From positions 1 through 62,066 of the IMG/VR virus record IMGVR_UViG_3300005404_000004: a DNA stretch of 62,066 nt; one strand, written 5' to 3'. Positions within the stretch are counted from its first letter, which is position 1; every line of letters starts with the position of its first letter. The stretch is from a virus (taxonomy: Duplodnaviria > Caudoviricetes). The position numbers were made by a program, and so were the translations under genes. Positions 39,313 to 49,800 of this stretch are shown piece after piece. The notes beneath the pieces are model-generated. The model was not told the origin of the DNA, searched no databases, and saw nothing but the letters and a program-made list of their open reading frames with translations.

Positions 39313-39530
39313 TAATAGTCCAAATTAAATTCGACAGACACTGCCATGTTTTTATTAAAATGTTTCCAAGGAAGCACCTCATCATTTTTTTTTATATATA
39401 TATTGTATGTGCCATCTTCTTCTAATATATCAGAAATGGTGTGGCCACCATAAACTTCTTGGCCTACCGAATAATGCATTGCTTCATTCTTGTAGTCTTG
39501 TCCAATTGATATTTTTCTAATTAATTTCAT
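39312..39530 (-). CDS. conserved hypothetical phage protein
   Basis: MKLIRKISIGQDYKNEAMHYSVGQEVYGGH... Confidence 0.7.
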   Translation of the reverse strand: MKLIRKISIGQDYKNEAMHYSVGQEVYGGHTISDILEEDGTYNIYIKKNDEVLPWKHFNKNMAVSVEFNLDY

Positions 39531-39531
39531 T

Positions 39532-39876
39532 TTAGTATGTCCATATTGTTGTATCGGGTGCACCAGGGTATCCAATACCTAAATGCATAAACCCTCTTTT
39601 TCTGCTAATACCTATTCTAGTAAATCCTACTTCAATTGCTGCTTTTACTAGTTTAAATGTTTTTGCTCCTCCTACACTTTCAATATCTACAGCAGCACCG
39701 TATGCGTGCTCGCCTGGTTGTTTTTTTGCAGCCTCTATAGGGTGTTCAGGACTTCTGTAGTCAGATGTAATCTTTATAGGATAGCCATATACTTCTCGCA
39801 GGCTATCTAGCATTGAAAGAAGTTTTTCATCCATCATTTCAAAGCCGTTAAATTCAGACTCTTCAAAGTATTTCAT
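39532..39876 (-). CDS. peptidase M15 family endolysin
   Basis: LDSLRE..G.PIKITSDYRSPEH...HAYGAAVDI...FMHL. Confidence 0.85.
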   Translation of the reverse strand: MKYFEESEFNGFEMMDEKLLSMLDSLREVYGYPIKITSDYRSPEHPIEAAKKQPGEHAYGAAVDIESVGGAKTFKLVKAAIEVGFTRIGISRKRGFMHLGIGYPGAPDTTIWTY

Positions 39877-40031
39877 TGTTTGTTCCTATCTTTTAATTTC
39901 ATATAAATATTCATCCCAGTGTATATTATTGTCATAACCAATACTACGGTTTGCAAAGTGGGGTTGATATTAGGCAGCGCCGAAAATGCAACTGCTCCGA
40001 CGTTTATGCCGTAAATTTTTAAGTCGTTCAT
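39873..40031 (-). CDS. small membrane protein, holin-like (52 aa)
   Basis: Manual ORF MNDLKIYGINVGAVAFSALPNINPTLQTVVLVMTIIYTGMNIYMKLKDRNKQ between the holin and endolysin genes. Confidence 0.6.
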   Translation of the reverse strand: MNDLKIYGINVGAVAFSALPNINPTLQTVVLVMTIIYTGMNIYMKLKDRNKQ

Positions 40032-40444
40032 TATTTGTGTTTACTGTTTCCAAAAACTTTTTCTACCCCTCGCGAACCAAAATAGCCACCAATAACAATA
40101 GTAAGTAAACCTGTAATTGAATCTAATGGATAACCCATATACCACCCAGCTACATAACTTACTGTTAAAAATACTAATGTTAAAGGCCTAACGTTAGCCG
40201 CTAGCCACGACCCTGAAGTTGCATCTGCAACCCAGCGCCTTGTTGTGCCATCTATTTCAGCTCTCTCTATATCTAATTTTTTAAGCGCAATTTTTTTATC
40301 AGCTTCTGACATATCAGATCCACCAATTATAGCCTGTATAACAGACCCAACAGGTGTATCACCCGCTATTGCACCAACGACGTTAGGAATTTTTTCTAAT
40401 AAGAACTTCCCAACGCCGGTATCTTTAAAACGTTTTTTAGCCAT
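40031..40444 (-). CDS. holin (3TM/GTA holin-like)
   Basis: RWVADA..SWLAANVRPLTL, TM helices, GGYFGSRGVEK. Confidence 0.75.
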   Translation of the reverse strand: MAKKRFKDTGVGKFLLEKIPNVVGAIAGDTPVGSVIQAIIGGSDMSEADKKIALKKLDIERAEIDGTTRRWVADATSGSWLAANVRPLTLVFLTVSYVAGWYMGYPLDSITGLLTIVIGGYFGSRGVEKVFGNSKHK

Positions 40445-40452
40445 ATTTAATT

Positions 40453-43400
40453 TTATTTAAATGCCATATATAAGTATGTATCACCAGATTTGTTCCAATG
40501 TACAGAAGATGAAACAGAACCTCTTGCTACTTTAAATCCATCTGTAATAAATTTACCTGAACCATAAGAAGAAGTACTATTCGCATTTTCAGAGTAGCTT
40601 TCGTTTGCATATAGGTTTTTCTCATCACCCCTTGCTATATCTATTATTTCCCAATTACTTCCGCTACTATCTACATTTTTAACTATAACAAAACTTGGGT
40701 CAAAACCTAATCCTGTTATTTCTTTGCTATAATCATTAGTCCCATCTCCGTCAAACGATCCTATCTTACTGTATCCTGCAACTGAATGCCAACAATAAGC
40801 AATATAAGTACGGCCACTAGTATTAGCATCGCCGTAAGTATTGTTAAGAGTTATATTTGTTCCGTCTATTGAAAATCCACCAGTACCTCCTGTGCTGTTA
40901 GTATTAAGATACAAATGTTTATTAGAAACAACGTTTGTTATACTTGTAATCCAATTGCCTGTAGTTGATATACATTTAAAAATTGCAATATCAGGGGCTG
41001 AAGAGAGCCCATGGCCTACGGTAGAACCACTTGTACCGGTACTTATATATTTTACAATACTAAATCCAGCTTCAGTATTAGCACTTACCGTACTTTCAAT
41101 TGTACCATTGTTATTTCTGGTTAAATGACCAGGGTTGTTAAATGTTACATTTGAAGGAGTCCCTGAATACGTATTGCTAAGATCTCCAGCCCCAACGCCT
41201 AAAGGATATGCTGCTACACAAGACGTGTCCCCTAAGACTTGTAAAGTGTTTATAGTACTGGCTGTTTCATTATAAAGTGTCGTAACTTCTGAAGATGATA
41301 TTGCTTTATTAAATATTCTTACTTGGTCTATATTACCATTAAAAGCATAATCTGTATTTGAACCATTAGATCCTATTGCAAAGTTTTGATTAGTAGGTGT
41401 AGGCCTTGTAGTTGTTTCTGTACCTGAGTTAGCATCTAAAACACCATTTACATAAATTTTCATAGCACCACCTGCTACAACAGTACAAACTACGTGATAC
41501 CATTTATTTTTTAACAAAGTTGTATCACCTCTAAAATAACTACCACCAACATTAAAATATAGTTTACCTGGATAAGAACCATAAGAAACTCCATAAAAAT
41601 ATATACCTATAGGTGATCCCGAATCAGAATTTGTTCTCTGACTGAAAATAATTTGTGCATTACTATCGTTACCTTTATTATTCATCCAAAAAGAAACACT
41701 ATAATCTCCTGAATTAAAAATAGTTTGGTTACCAAAATTTATCTTACTATTACTACCATTAAAACTAGCTGATCTGTTTAACAATCCTCCGCCTTTCCAA
41801 TTCCAAGCTACATAATCTATATTTGATTTATTAGTGGAGGCCCAAGGGTGGTTAGAATTACCACCTTGCCCAAGAAAAACGCCATTTGCGTCATATGAAC
41901 TTATATAGCCATAATTGCTATTTGAAGATGGTATTCGTTCTGGTGAGTTAATGTTCGAGACAAGATAGTTTTCGCCATCTCCTCTTAAAACATCATACAC
42001 CCCATGATCATAACTCCCTGTTCTAGCCTTAAACCAAGTTAAGCTAGGCTCAAACCCTACGCTAGAAATATATCTTGTAGCACCATTTCCTTTATACAAT
42101 ACGGCCTTAAAATTATTTGTATCTGTTTCAGGTTTTTCGTTATAAAGTTGGGTTACTTGAGAGCTTGTAAGTTCAGAATTAAAAATCCTCACTTGGTCTA
42201 TTTGCCCATTAAACCATGCCGCCGCATATGACCCGTTTATATATCTTCCTCCTATTCTAAAAGCATCATATGTATCAGTAATTAATATGGTTGTAGTGTG
42301 AGTACCATCTAAAACTCCATTAACATAAGTTTTAAGAGTTGAACCAATTGCGGTGCCACTCATTGTAAGAACACAATGAACCCAACTCCCTGTATTTATA
42401 CTCTCGCCTGAAGTTGGCCCATAATTTTCTCCATTGCCTTTGCCTGAAGTAGAATATAATTTATTATTATAAACAAACATATTTAACCCGCTAGCGTGAG
42501 AGGCCCCTCCATTAGTTATTATACTCTGAAATGCTGTAGAGGTAGTTTTAATCCAGGCTGAAAAGCTTCTTGCACCACCCTCGGAATTAGGGTTACCAGC
42601 ACTTATATAACTACTACTTCCGTTAAACACTGCAGCTTGACCAAAGCGTCCAAACCTGTACTCTATATTTGTATCTGTTCCGCTGTAATCATACTTTACG
42701 TTACTATCTCCAACGCCACTATAGTTGCCGGATATATCTACGCCATCTCCATCTAATTTATATGTTGCTATTGCTGTTTTACCAGTTGGGAATGCTAATG
42801 TATTAGCTGTACTTACTGTTTCGTTGTTATATAAATTAGCAACATCTGTAGCTGTTAATACTACATTATATACTCTGACTTGGTCTATTGTTCCGGGAAA
42901 ATATTCTCCCGGATAATTAGGCATTGATCCTATTACACATTTTTGATAACCGCTATAGGAATAAGAACCCATAGAATTTGAGTCAGTAGCAACAGAACTC
43001 CCATTCACATATACTGTAGAGCCGCTGTTATTTCTTGTCACAACAATATGATACCAAATATTTGCTGTTGATAAAGTAAAATATACCTCATTGCTTGACT
43101 CATTTCTGTAATGAAAAGATGTTGTTCGGTCAGGTCTTTTACCTAAAGTAAAAGTCGGTCCACCGCTAAAATATGACCCAAATGCAATCTGCCACTTACC
43201 TGATCCAATATCCTGAGGTTTCATCCAAAGAGAAACAGAATGCGCTGTTGAGCTTAATTGTAAAGTTGAATTCTCAATACCGGTTGAATTTCCAACAAAC
43301 GTAGCTCCTTGATTAAATTTGCCCCTTGTTTTACATAAATCTTTACTATTATTATCTAATTTATAATATGCTAAATTTGCTACAGGATAATTTATATCAG

Positions 43401-44778
43401 TTGTTGTAGCCGTATACTCACAAGCAATTTCACCCGCACCATTTCCGTAAAGTTTACTAACTTCTGAAGATGATAATGCTTTATTAAATATACGAACTTG
43501 ATCTATTTCTCCGTCAAAATATTGTGAATACCCACTTGAAGAACTATAAAAAGCTCCTATTGTAACTTTTTGTCCAGAACCATTCCAGCTCTGACTTGGC
43601 AAAGTTATTGAGTCTACCAATAACCTATCTATATAAATAGTCCTTTGGTTTGCTGACTGGTTTATTGACACAACAATATGATGCCAATTGTCATCATTAT
43701 AAGTTGAACTTGTAGTGTGTTTATCTGAAGTGCTTCCGTAATCTGTTACAATTTCAATATTACCTCCGTCTATTGTAATATCACAATTTCTACTGTTTTG
43801 AGCATAATCAGTAAACATTCTTTGTCTTGCTGTTGTGGTTGTTTTAAACCAAAAAGAAACAGCCAAAGTATTTTTACCGCCAAATATTGATGTTAATGGC
43901 AAATCAACATAACTATTACTTCCGTTAAACCTCGCTCCGTATAATGATTTCCCGCTAACGCCAAAGTCTACGTTTGTAGGAGTGCCGTTAATATTTGTAT
44001 AAACTAAATTAGAAGAAGTTGCATTATAATTACCGGATAGGTCATTAACATTATTATTTAAAGTGTATGTTGCATAGCAAGAAGAATCTCCTAAAATTTG
44101 TAAAGTATTTGTTGTTTCCTTAGACTCATTATAAAGCGTTGATACTTCTGCGCTTGTTACTAACCTATTAAAAAAACGAACTTGATCAATCTCACCCACT
44201 AAGCTTGACACACTTTGGTTTTGGTAGCCTAATCTATTATACTTATAGTTTGAGTTTGTATATGTAAGAAAAGTACCATCCCAAGCGGAATTGCCTATTA
44301 ATGAATTATTTATGTATAAAGAAACCCCACTAGCTGTATTTCCGGTCCAAACTATATGATACCAATTACCTACAGTTAATGCTGATGATGTTACCTCTGA
44401 TGTTACAGACGAAGAACTTAAAACTCTTGCGCGTATAGTACCGTTGGTTTCAACATCAATTAAATTATAAATATCATTTAAAAGCTTCATAATAGCTCCG
44501 CCATAACTATTTGTTTGAGCCGCATGCTTATACCATAAAGAAACAGTAAAAGCACTTCCAGACCTCATTGGGTTATCTATTGTGGAAGGTAATTCTACAT
44601 AACTATTGGTATTATTAAACTTTGCAGCTTCACCAAATTTACCACCTCCATCGGAGGCAGAAGCGTCATAGTCTAAAGTGTATAAGGCTACGCCACTATT
44701 ATCTTTGAATATATCTGTGGTATCTGTAAAGCACAAAGGCTTACCTAAGAATCCATAGTTAAATCCTTGTCCAAACAT
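40453..44778 (-). CDS. LamG/concanavalin A-like repeat adhesin (tail fibre/receptor-binding protein)
   Basis: Five DQVR(I/F/V)(F/Y)N LamG units with WYH/WHH/WVH strands; C-terminal YKGNG...GFEPSLTWFK / GFDPSFVIVK repeats. Confidence 0.85.
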   Translation of the reverse strand: MFGQGFNYGFLGKPLCFTDTTDIFKDNSGVALYTLDYDASASDGGGKFGEAAKFNNTNSYVELPSTIDNPMRSGSAFTVSLWYKHAAQTNSYGGAIMKLLNDIYNLIDVETNGTIRARVLSSSSVTSEVTSSALTVGNWYHIVWTGNTASGVSLYINNSLIGNSAWDGTFLTYTNSNYKYNRLGYQNQSVSSLVGEIDQVRFFNRLVTSAEVSTLYNESKETTNTLQILGDSSCYATYTLNNNVNDLSGNYNATSSNLVYTNINGTPTNVDFGVSGKSLYGARFNGSNSYVDLPLTSIFGGKNTLAVSFWFKTTTTARQRMFTDYAQNSRNCDITIDGGNIEIVTDYGSTSDKHTTSSTYNDDNWHHIVVSINQSANQRTIYIDRLLVDSITLPSQSWNGSGQKVTIGAFYSSSSGYSQYFDGEIDQVRIFNKALSSSEVSKLYGNGAGEIACEYTATTTDINYPVANLAYYKLDNNSKDLCKTRGKFNQGATFVGNSTGIENSTLQLSSTAHSVSLWMKPQDIGSGKWQIAFGSYFSGGPTFTLGKRPDRTTSFHYRNESSNEVYFTLSTANIWYHIVVTRNNSGSTVYVNGSSVATDSNSMGSYSYSGYQKCVIGSMPNYPGEYFPGTIDQVRVYNVVLTATDVANLYNNETVSTANTLAFPTGKTAIATYKLDGDGVDISGNYSGVGDSNVKYDYSGTDTNIEYRFGRFGQAAVFNGSSSYISAGNPNSEGGARSFSAWIKTTSTAFQSIITNGGASHASGLNMFVYNNKLYSTSGKGNGENYGPTSGESINTGSWVHCVLTMSGTAIGSTLKTYVNGVLDGTHTTTILITDTYDAFRIGGRYINGSYAAAWFNGQIDQVRIFNSELTSSQVTQLYNEKPETDTNNFKAVLYKGNGATRYISSVGFEPSLTWFKARTGSYDHGVYDVLRGDGENYLVSNINSPERIPSSNSNYGYISSYDANGVFLGQGGNSNHPWASTNKSNIDYVAWNWKGGGLLNRSASFNGSNSKINFGNQTIFNSGDYSVSFWMNNKGNDSNAQIIFSQRTNSDSGSPIGIYFYGVSYGSYPGKLYFNVGGSYFRGDTTLLKNKWYHVVCTVVAGGAMKIYVNGVLDANSGTETTTRPTPTNQNFAIGSNGSNTDYAFNGNIDQVRIFNKAISSSEVTTLYNETASTINTLQVLGDTSCVAAYPLGVGAGDLSNTYSGTPSNVTFNNPGHLTRNNNGTIESTVSANTEAGFSIVKYISTGTSGSTVGHGLSSAPDIAIFKCISTTGNWITSITNVVSNKHLYLNTNSTGGTGGFSIDGTNITLNNTYGDANTSGRTYIAYCWHSVAGYSKIGSFDGDGTNDYSKEITGLGFDPSFVIVKNVDSSGSNWEIIDIARGDEKNLYANESYSENANSTSSYGSGKFITDGFKVARGSVSSSVHWNKSGDTYLYMAFK

Positions 44779-44779
44779 A

Positions 44780-45139
44780 TTATGTTGCAGGTTGCACTAT
44801 AGTATACCAAAATTCAGCTGCAGATATACATAGTATTTGAATTAAATTTTTAGTTCCTGAAGTATCATCATATTCCCCTAAAACCCTATTAAATGTACCT
44901 GAACTACCGCCTACAGTCCAAGTATCTGCTGTATATGAACTACCAGCTCCGGTAACTAATATTATTTTTGTTATTCCTACAACAGGATTTTGTATGTTAA
45001 ATGTCGTATTAGCGTTAGGTGTTAAGGTAAATACCTCAGCGTTTTTAAAGTTAACATTAACTGTTGCACCTGCTGTAAGCGTATCTGTTGTGTTAAATTC
45101 ATCGGCTAATATATCCGACGTTATTTTTGTTAATGCCAT
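44780..45139 (-). CDS. small fibre adaptor protein (paralog of 45973-46326)
   Basis: MALTKIT...FTLTP...GEYDDTSGTKNLIQILC...EFWYTI.QP. Confidence 0.7.
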   Translation of the reverse strand: MALTKITSDILADEFNTTDTLTAGATVNVNFKNAEVFTLTPNANTTFNIQNPVVGITKIILVTGAGSSYTADTWTVGGSSGTFNRVLGEYDDTSGTKNLIQILCISAAEFWYTIVQPAT

Positions 45140-45146
45140 ATTTTAT

Positions 45147-45971
45147 TTATTGAACCCATAATTGATTATTCCATCTATCTGCACCAGAGGGAACAACATC
45201 ATAATAAATACCCCGACCATACCAGTCAAAATAATCATAATCCCACTTGCTTCCCCAGCTATAATAACCACTAGCTCCGTTCCCAAATAGTCTGCCTGCT
45301 GTACCATAACCAGTGTTATTGTCTGTATTTACGGTATAATTACCAATTCCCGTACCTAAGTTTGGCCAGTTCCCAGTGCAAGAACTATAATAATATGAGC
45401 CGTTATGACTATTACTCCAGCCAGAATTAGCTTGTATTTTAGTCCAAATGTATTTTTTATTAACATTAGCACAAGTGTTGCCTCCTGGAAAGCCGGTTGT
45501 ATGGTTTTCACCAAAAGTAGTTCCATTTTCTTGAGCAATTAAAACTATCATGCCAAAATTACCAGGACTTGATGTTGATCTTCCAGATATATTAGAATTC
45601 CATCTTATTTTTCTTGTGCCATTAAAATACTGCCACATATGTATATATCCCTCTGTATTCAGGTTAGTCCAGTCCCCGGTTATTAGACCAGGAGCACTAT
45701 TGTTTTCCCAGCCCGACCAATGGCCTACCCCAGTGGGCCCTATTCTAAGATCTAAAGTGTAATTTAAAGGGGCTTCCGCTGTCCTGTTATACCAAAGCAT
45801 CCATCCACCGCCATTGTTTGCCATATCACAATAAACTTGTTGAGGTGCAGTCCAGCCCGGGAGTTGTATAGAATAAAATCCACTTGTGGTGTTCCCCGCG
45901 TCATATGCTTCTTTTGCAGATGCCCAAACCCCTGTTACAGCAGATGTCATCATTATAGTATCTCCTAACAT
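45147..45971 (-). CDS. fibrinogen-C-like lectin/adhesin
   Basis: SAKEAYDAG...SGFYSI...QVYCDM...GGGWML. Confidence 0.75.
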   Translation of the reverse strand: MLGDTIMMTSAVTGVWASAKEAYDAGNTTSGFYSIQLPGWTAPQQVYCDMANNGGGWMLWYNRTAEAPLNYTLDLRIGPTGVGHWSGWENNSAPGLITGDWTNLNTEGYIHMWQYFNGTRKIRWNSNISGRSTSSPGNFGMIVLIAQENGTTFGENHTTGFPGGNTCANVNKKYIWTKIQANSGWSNSHNGSYYYSSCTGNWPNLGTGIGNYTVNTDNNTGYGTAGRLFGNGASGYYSWGSKWDYDYFDWYGRGIYYDVVPSGADRWNNQLWVQ

Positions 45972-45972
45972 A

Positions 45973-46326
45973 TTAAGCCGGTTGGGTTATTGTATACCAA
46001 AATTCAGTTGCCCCGACGCACATAATTTGTATTAAATTTTTTTTTGCCGAGGTATCATCATAGTCTCCTATTATTTTATTAAATGTATTAGCAGATCCGC
46101 CAACGTTTAAAGTTATAGTATATGAATTGCCAGTACCTGTTATTATAAAAGCTTTTGATATACCAATTACTGGGTTTGTAATATTCAATGTTGTATTTGA
46201 CGTAGGAGTTAGCGTAAATATTTGGGCACTATCATAATCTACAGCAATAGTCGAAGCTGGCGTTAAAGCCGTAACTGTATTAAATCCGCCAGATAGTAGC
46301 TCTGGTTTTACTTTAGTTTGTGCCAT
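45973..46326 (-). CDS. small fibre adaptor protein (paralog of 44780-45139)
   Basis: MAQTKVK...FTLTP...GDYDDTSAKKNLIQIMC...EFWYTITQP. Confidence 0.7.
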   Translation of the reverse strand: MAQTKVKPELLSGGFNTVTALTPASTIAVDYDSAQIFTLTPTSNTTLNITNPVIGISKAFIITGTGNSYTITLNVGGSANTFNKIIGDYDDTSAKKNLIQIMCVGATEFWYTITQPA

Positions 46327-46329
46327 TAT

Positions 46330-46890
46330 TTAAGTTGTTGCTATTAATTGATACGTTGGTCTTTGAAAAGTATTTTCACTACCTCCAAAATTATAAATGT
46401 TTTTGCCTATCCCTACTCTATAACTACTAGTATTATACGAACCAATTCTATATTCTAAAGTTTTATCACTAGTCCAAGTCCCTATTATTCCATTAGCAAT
46501 ATTTTCCGAGGATGCACCCACTTGGAGGCATCTTTGTACGTTTACTGTATTGTAATAATCGTCAGCCCCTCCGTAAAGAGAATCATGAGATGTAGTTACA
46601 TTTGTACTATCCACATATATAGAGGTAAGCCATATGGCGCTAGTTGATCCTTCCTTTACATAATTAAAATTCATAGCAAATAATAAATTTTTAGTTCCTT
46701 CAGGAGGTGTATAGGAAATAGTGCTACCAAAATCTGTAAAACTAGCTGGAGCGACTGCATACGAAGTTACATTATCTGCTGTTTTATCTCCATTTACCGT
46801 TTTTATAGTTCTACCATCTGGCTGCCAAATCAAATGTTCTAATACATTTGTGCTACTAGCTGCTGGAAAAAATGTTGATAGATTACTCAT
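46330..46890 (-). CDS. fibre tip/receptor-binding-like protein (paralog of 60016-60591)
   Basis: NVLEHLIWQPDGRTIKT...NVT...YTPPEG...GTWTS..TL. Confidence 0.65.
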   Translation of the reverse strand: MSNLSTFFPAASSTNVLEHLIWQPDGRTIKTVNGDKTADNVTSYAVAPASFTDFGSTISYTPPEGTKNLLFAMNFNYVKEGSTSAIWLTSIYVDSTNVTTSHDSLYGGADDYYNTVNVQRCLQVGASSENIANGIIGTWTSDKTLEYRIGSYNTSSYRVGIGKNIYNFGGSENTFQRPTYQLIATT

Positions 46891-46891
46891 A

Positions 46892-49800
46892 TTATTGTCC
46901 TATTATTACCCAGCCTTGATCAACGCCAGAGTATATTAATTCAAAACTAGCAGATGCCGTATCTAATGTTAAATTAGCTACTGCACCCATAATTTTTTTA
47001 TTGTTTGCTCCTAACACACAAGTTGCAACACCAGACCTATTAGATATTTTAATACTGTCCCCAATTTGTGGATTAGCAGGCAGCGTTAAAGTTAAATTAG
47101 CTGTTAACACATATACACTATTTGCTACTGCCGTTGTATTACTTGATATAACACCTACAGTTGGCCTTGTTGATGGATTAGTTAATAAACCACCACCGTT
47201 TATAGATATTACCTCAATTGTATAATTAAGATCCGGGGCAGTTGTAAATGTTATAACTCTGTTCGATAAAGAATACGTAGATTTTTCTTGGTATACACCT
47301 TGTAAAAATACCATCGTAAACTTTTCATCTGTAGGATTACCGTTTACAAGAGTGAATGCTGTTTGACTTCCTGTACCGGTAAATCCATCATATTCCATAT
47401 ATGATGACTGTTGTACATTAACAGCATTAATATGCATTACTTCTATAGTATAACCATTTTGTGGTGCTGTACTGAAAGTAATTATATTATTAGCAACTAC
47501 ATAAGTTGACTTTTCTTGATATACACCTTGTATAAATACAAAAGTAAAATCTTCAGATGTGGGCGCAGCACTAAGTGTAAACCCTGTTGTGCTACCATTT
47601 CCTGTAAAAGTATTTTTATTTAAAGCAGAAGCACCATTAACCGTTACAGTAGCAACATGTATAACCTCTATATTATTTGTGCCCGAAGGTGGCGCTGAGC
47701 TAAATGTTAATACATTGCCTGAAGTGCTGTAATTTAATTTAGACTGATATACACCATCAATATATACCTGCGTATGTATTTCATCTGTAACCGCGCTTGA
47801 TAAGGTAAACTGCGTTGTTGAACCATTACCTGAAAAAGTATTTCTTTCAATAGTAGATGCATCTCCACCACCACCAGCAATAGCACCCCATTGAGTAGTA
47901 TACCCTTCAAATTGATTGTCGGTAGTATTATATCTAAACATACCGGCAACTGCAGAACCTGGTCTTTGTGCTGTAGTACCATCAGGAACTCTTAAAGCAC
48001 CTGTAGTATTAATATCTATTATTTGCCCTGATTCAGATATAGCAGAGTCTGCAAGTGTATCTGAATCACTAAACTTAGGAAGTGCATTAGCACTACCGGA
48101 TCCATCTATAAAACTTGAGAGAGCAGGCGGAGTGTATGTAAATACCCCAGTTGAATTATTATATGCTAATGATCCATCTCCCGAAGGTGAGCCTTCGGAA
48201 CCTACAGATATATCGGTTAATGAAATACCCGCTGGTAGTGCTACATTTTCCCATCTAGCATTTGAACTATTATAGCGTATAATTTGGTTATTAGCTATAC
48301 TAGCTATGTTTACATCTTGTAAATCACCAAGTGAAGCTGAAGCCGATACGCCACCTAAATCAACAGATGCTAAACCTCTAAATGCACCAGCGGTTAATAT
48401 TTTTGCTTGAGCTGCATTGTTAAGAGCACTTGCATCACCTTTCATTATAATAGCACCAAGATATATAGCTTGATTAGAAGTGTTTTCCGCTTCTAAAAAG
48501 TCTTCAAGTATATATTCTTTTTCAGCATCAAGTAGCGAATCATATACATTATGTCCATAATAAGACACAACAATATTAGGTGTACCTGGAAAATAAAATA
48601 ATCTTTGTGCCGCAAATTTAGTACTAGTTACATTCTGTAATGTACCCGATCCATTATCATATTTTGTTGGATCTAATACAGTGTAACCATTACCGCTAGG
48701 TCCGTCGTCTAAAACAAAACCACCTGAGTTGTTTCTATAATACCTATGTATAACACACTGCGTTTTAGCAGAGTCTGAAACGGTTGATGGGTTTTCAGGG
48801 TCAGCAGCATAATTTCTACCTAATGCAAAAGCAACACCGGCCGCTCTATTTATAGATAGATTAGCACCATTTGCAGTTACTTTATGCCCTGATTTTTTAA
48901 GTGGGCCAAATATATTAGCAAACTCGTTTATCTGACTTGTATTGTCGTAAGCTGTTATAGGAAATGTTTTTACAAACTTAAGCACACCTTCAGTGTGTAT
49001 AGCACTTCCTATTGTTATATTGTTTCTCTTTTGAGCGTCTGTAAATGCAGTTGCTTGCTGTTGTACAGCACCATTTGCATCTACATATATCCACGAGTTA
49101 AGCTGCTGCGTATTACCGGAGTCTAAATTAGATACTGTAATAGTTTGCTGCGACCAAGAAATCTTTTTAATTTCAGGGTGTGGATCAGAACCACTCGCTT
49201 TATTTATATCGTTTATTATACCATCGCCCGCAGCAATAGTAAATTGTGTACCGTTGGCAACAGATAGTTCACCACCGTTTAATATACCGGTTGATAATAC
49301 TTCTGTTAAATAATCAATACTTAGATCTTTATCGTCGTATCTAAAATGCAAAGTATCATTACCACTTTCGGTACTAAAGTATATACCGTTATCAAATGTG
49401 GGCGTAGAGCTTTGAGCGTTAGATAGTTGGATAGAATCGCCAACCGTAAGATCACTTGCTATTGTTACATCGTTAGGTAAACCTACAGTCCATGTTCTAT
49501 TTGCTGATAAATCTTGCGCTCCACCTGCTACGTCAATTTCATTTGCAGTGCCCTGTACTGTTAATGTAGTAGAAGGGCTTGCTATAGCTGGTTTATTTTG
49601 TATGAATGCGTCATTTGTATTATCCGATTCATTCCAATTTGACTGTACATTAACTTCTGCATTTGTAGCTATGCTATTTAACTTAGCTAAAAGTGCTGAA
49701 GTAAAATCTTCAGTTGATAAACCTTTGCCGGCAACCTTATCTTCTTTAGTAGCCATAGTGGTATTAAGGCTAGCTATAGAAGCATTGTTTGCTTTTATAT

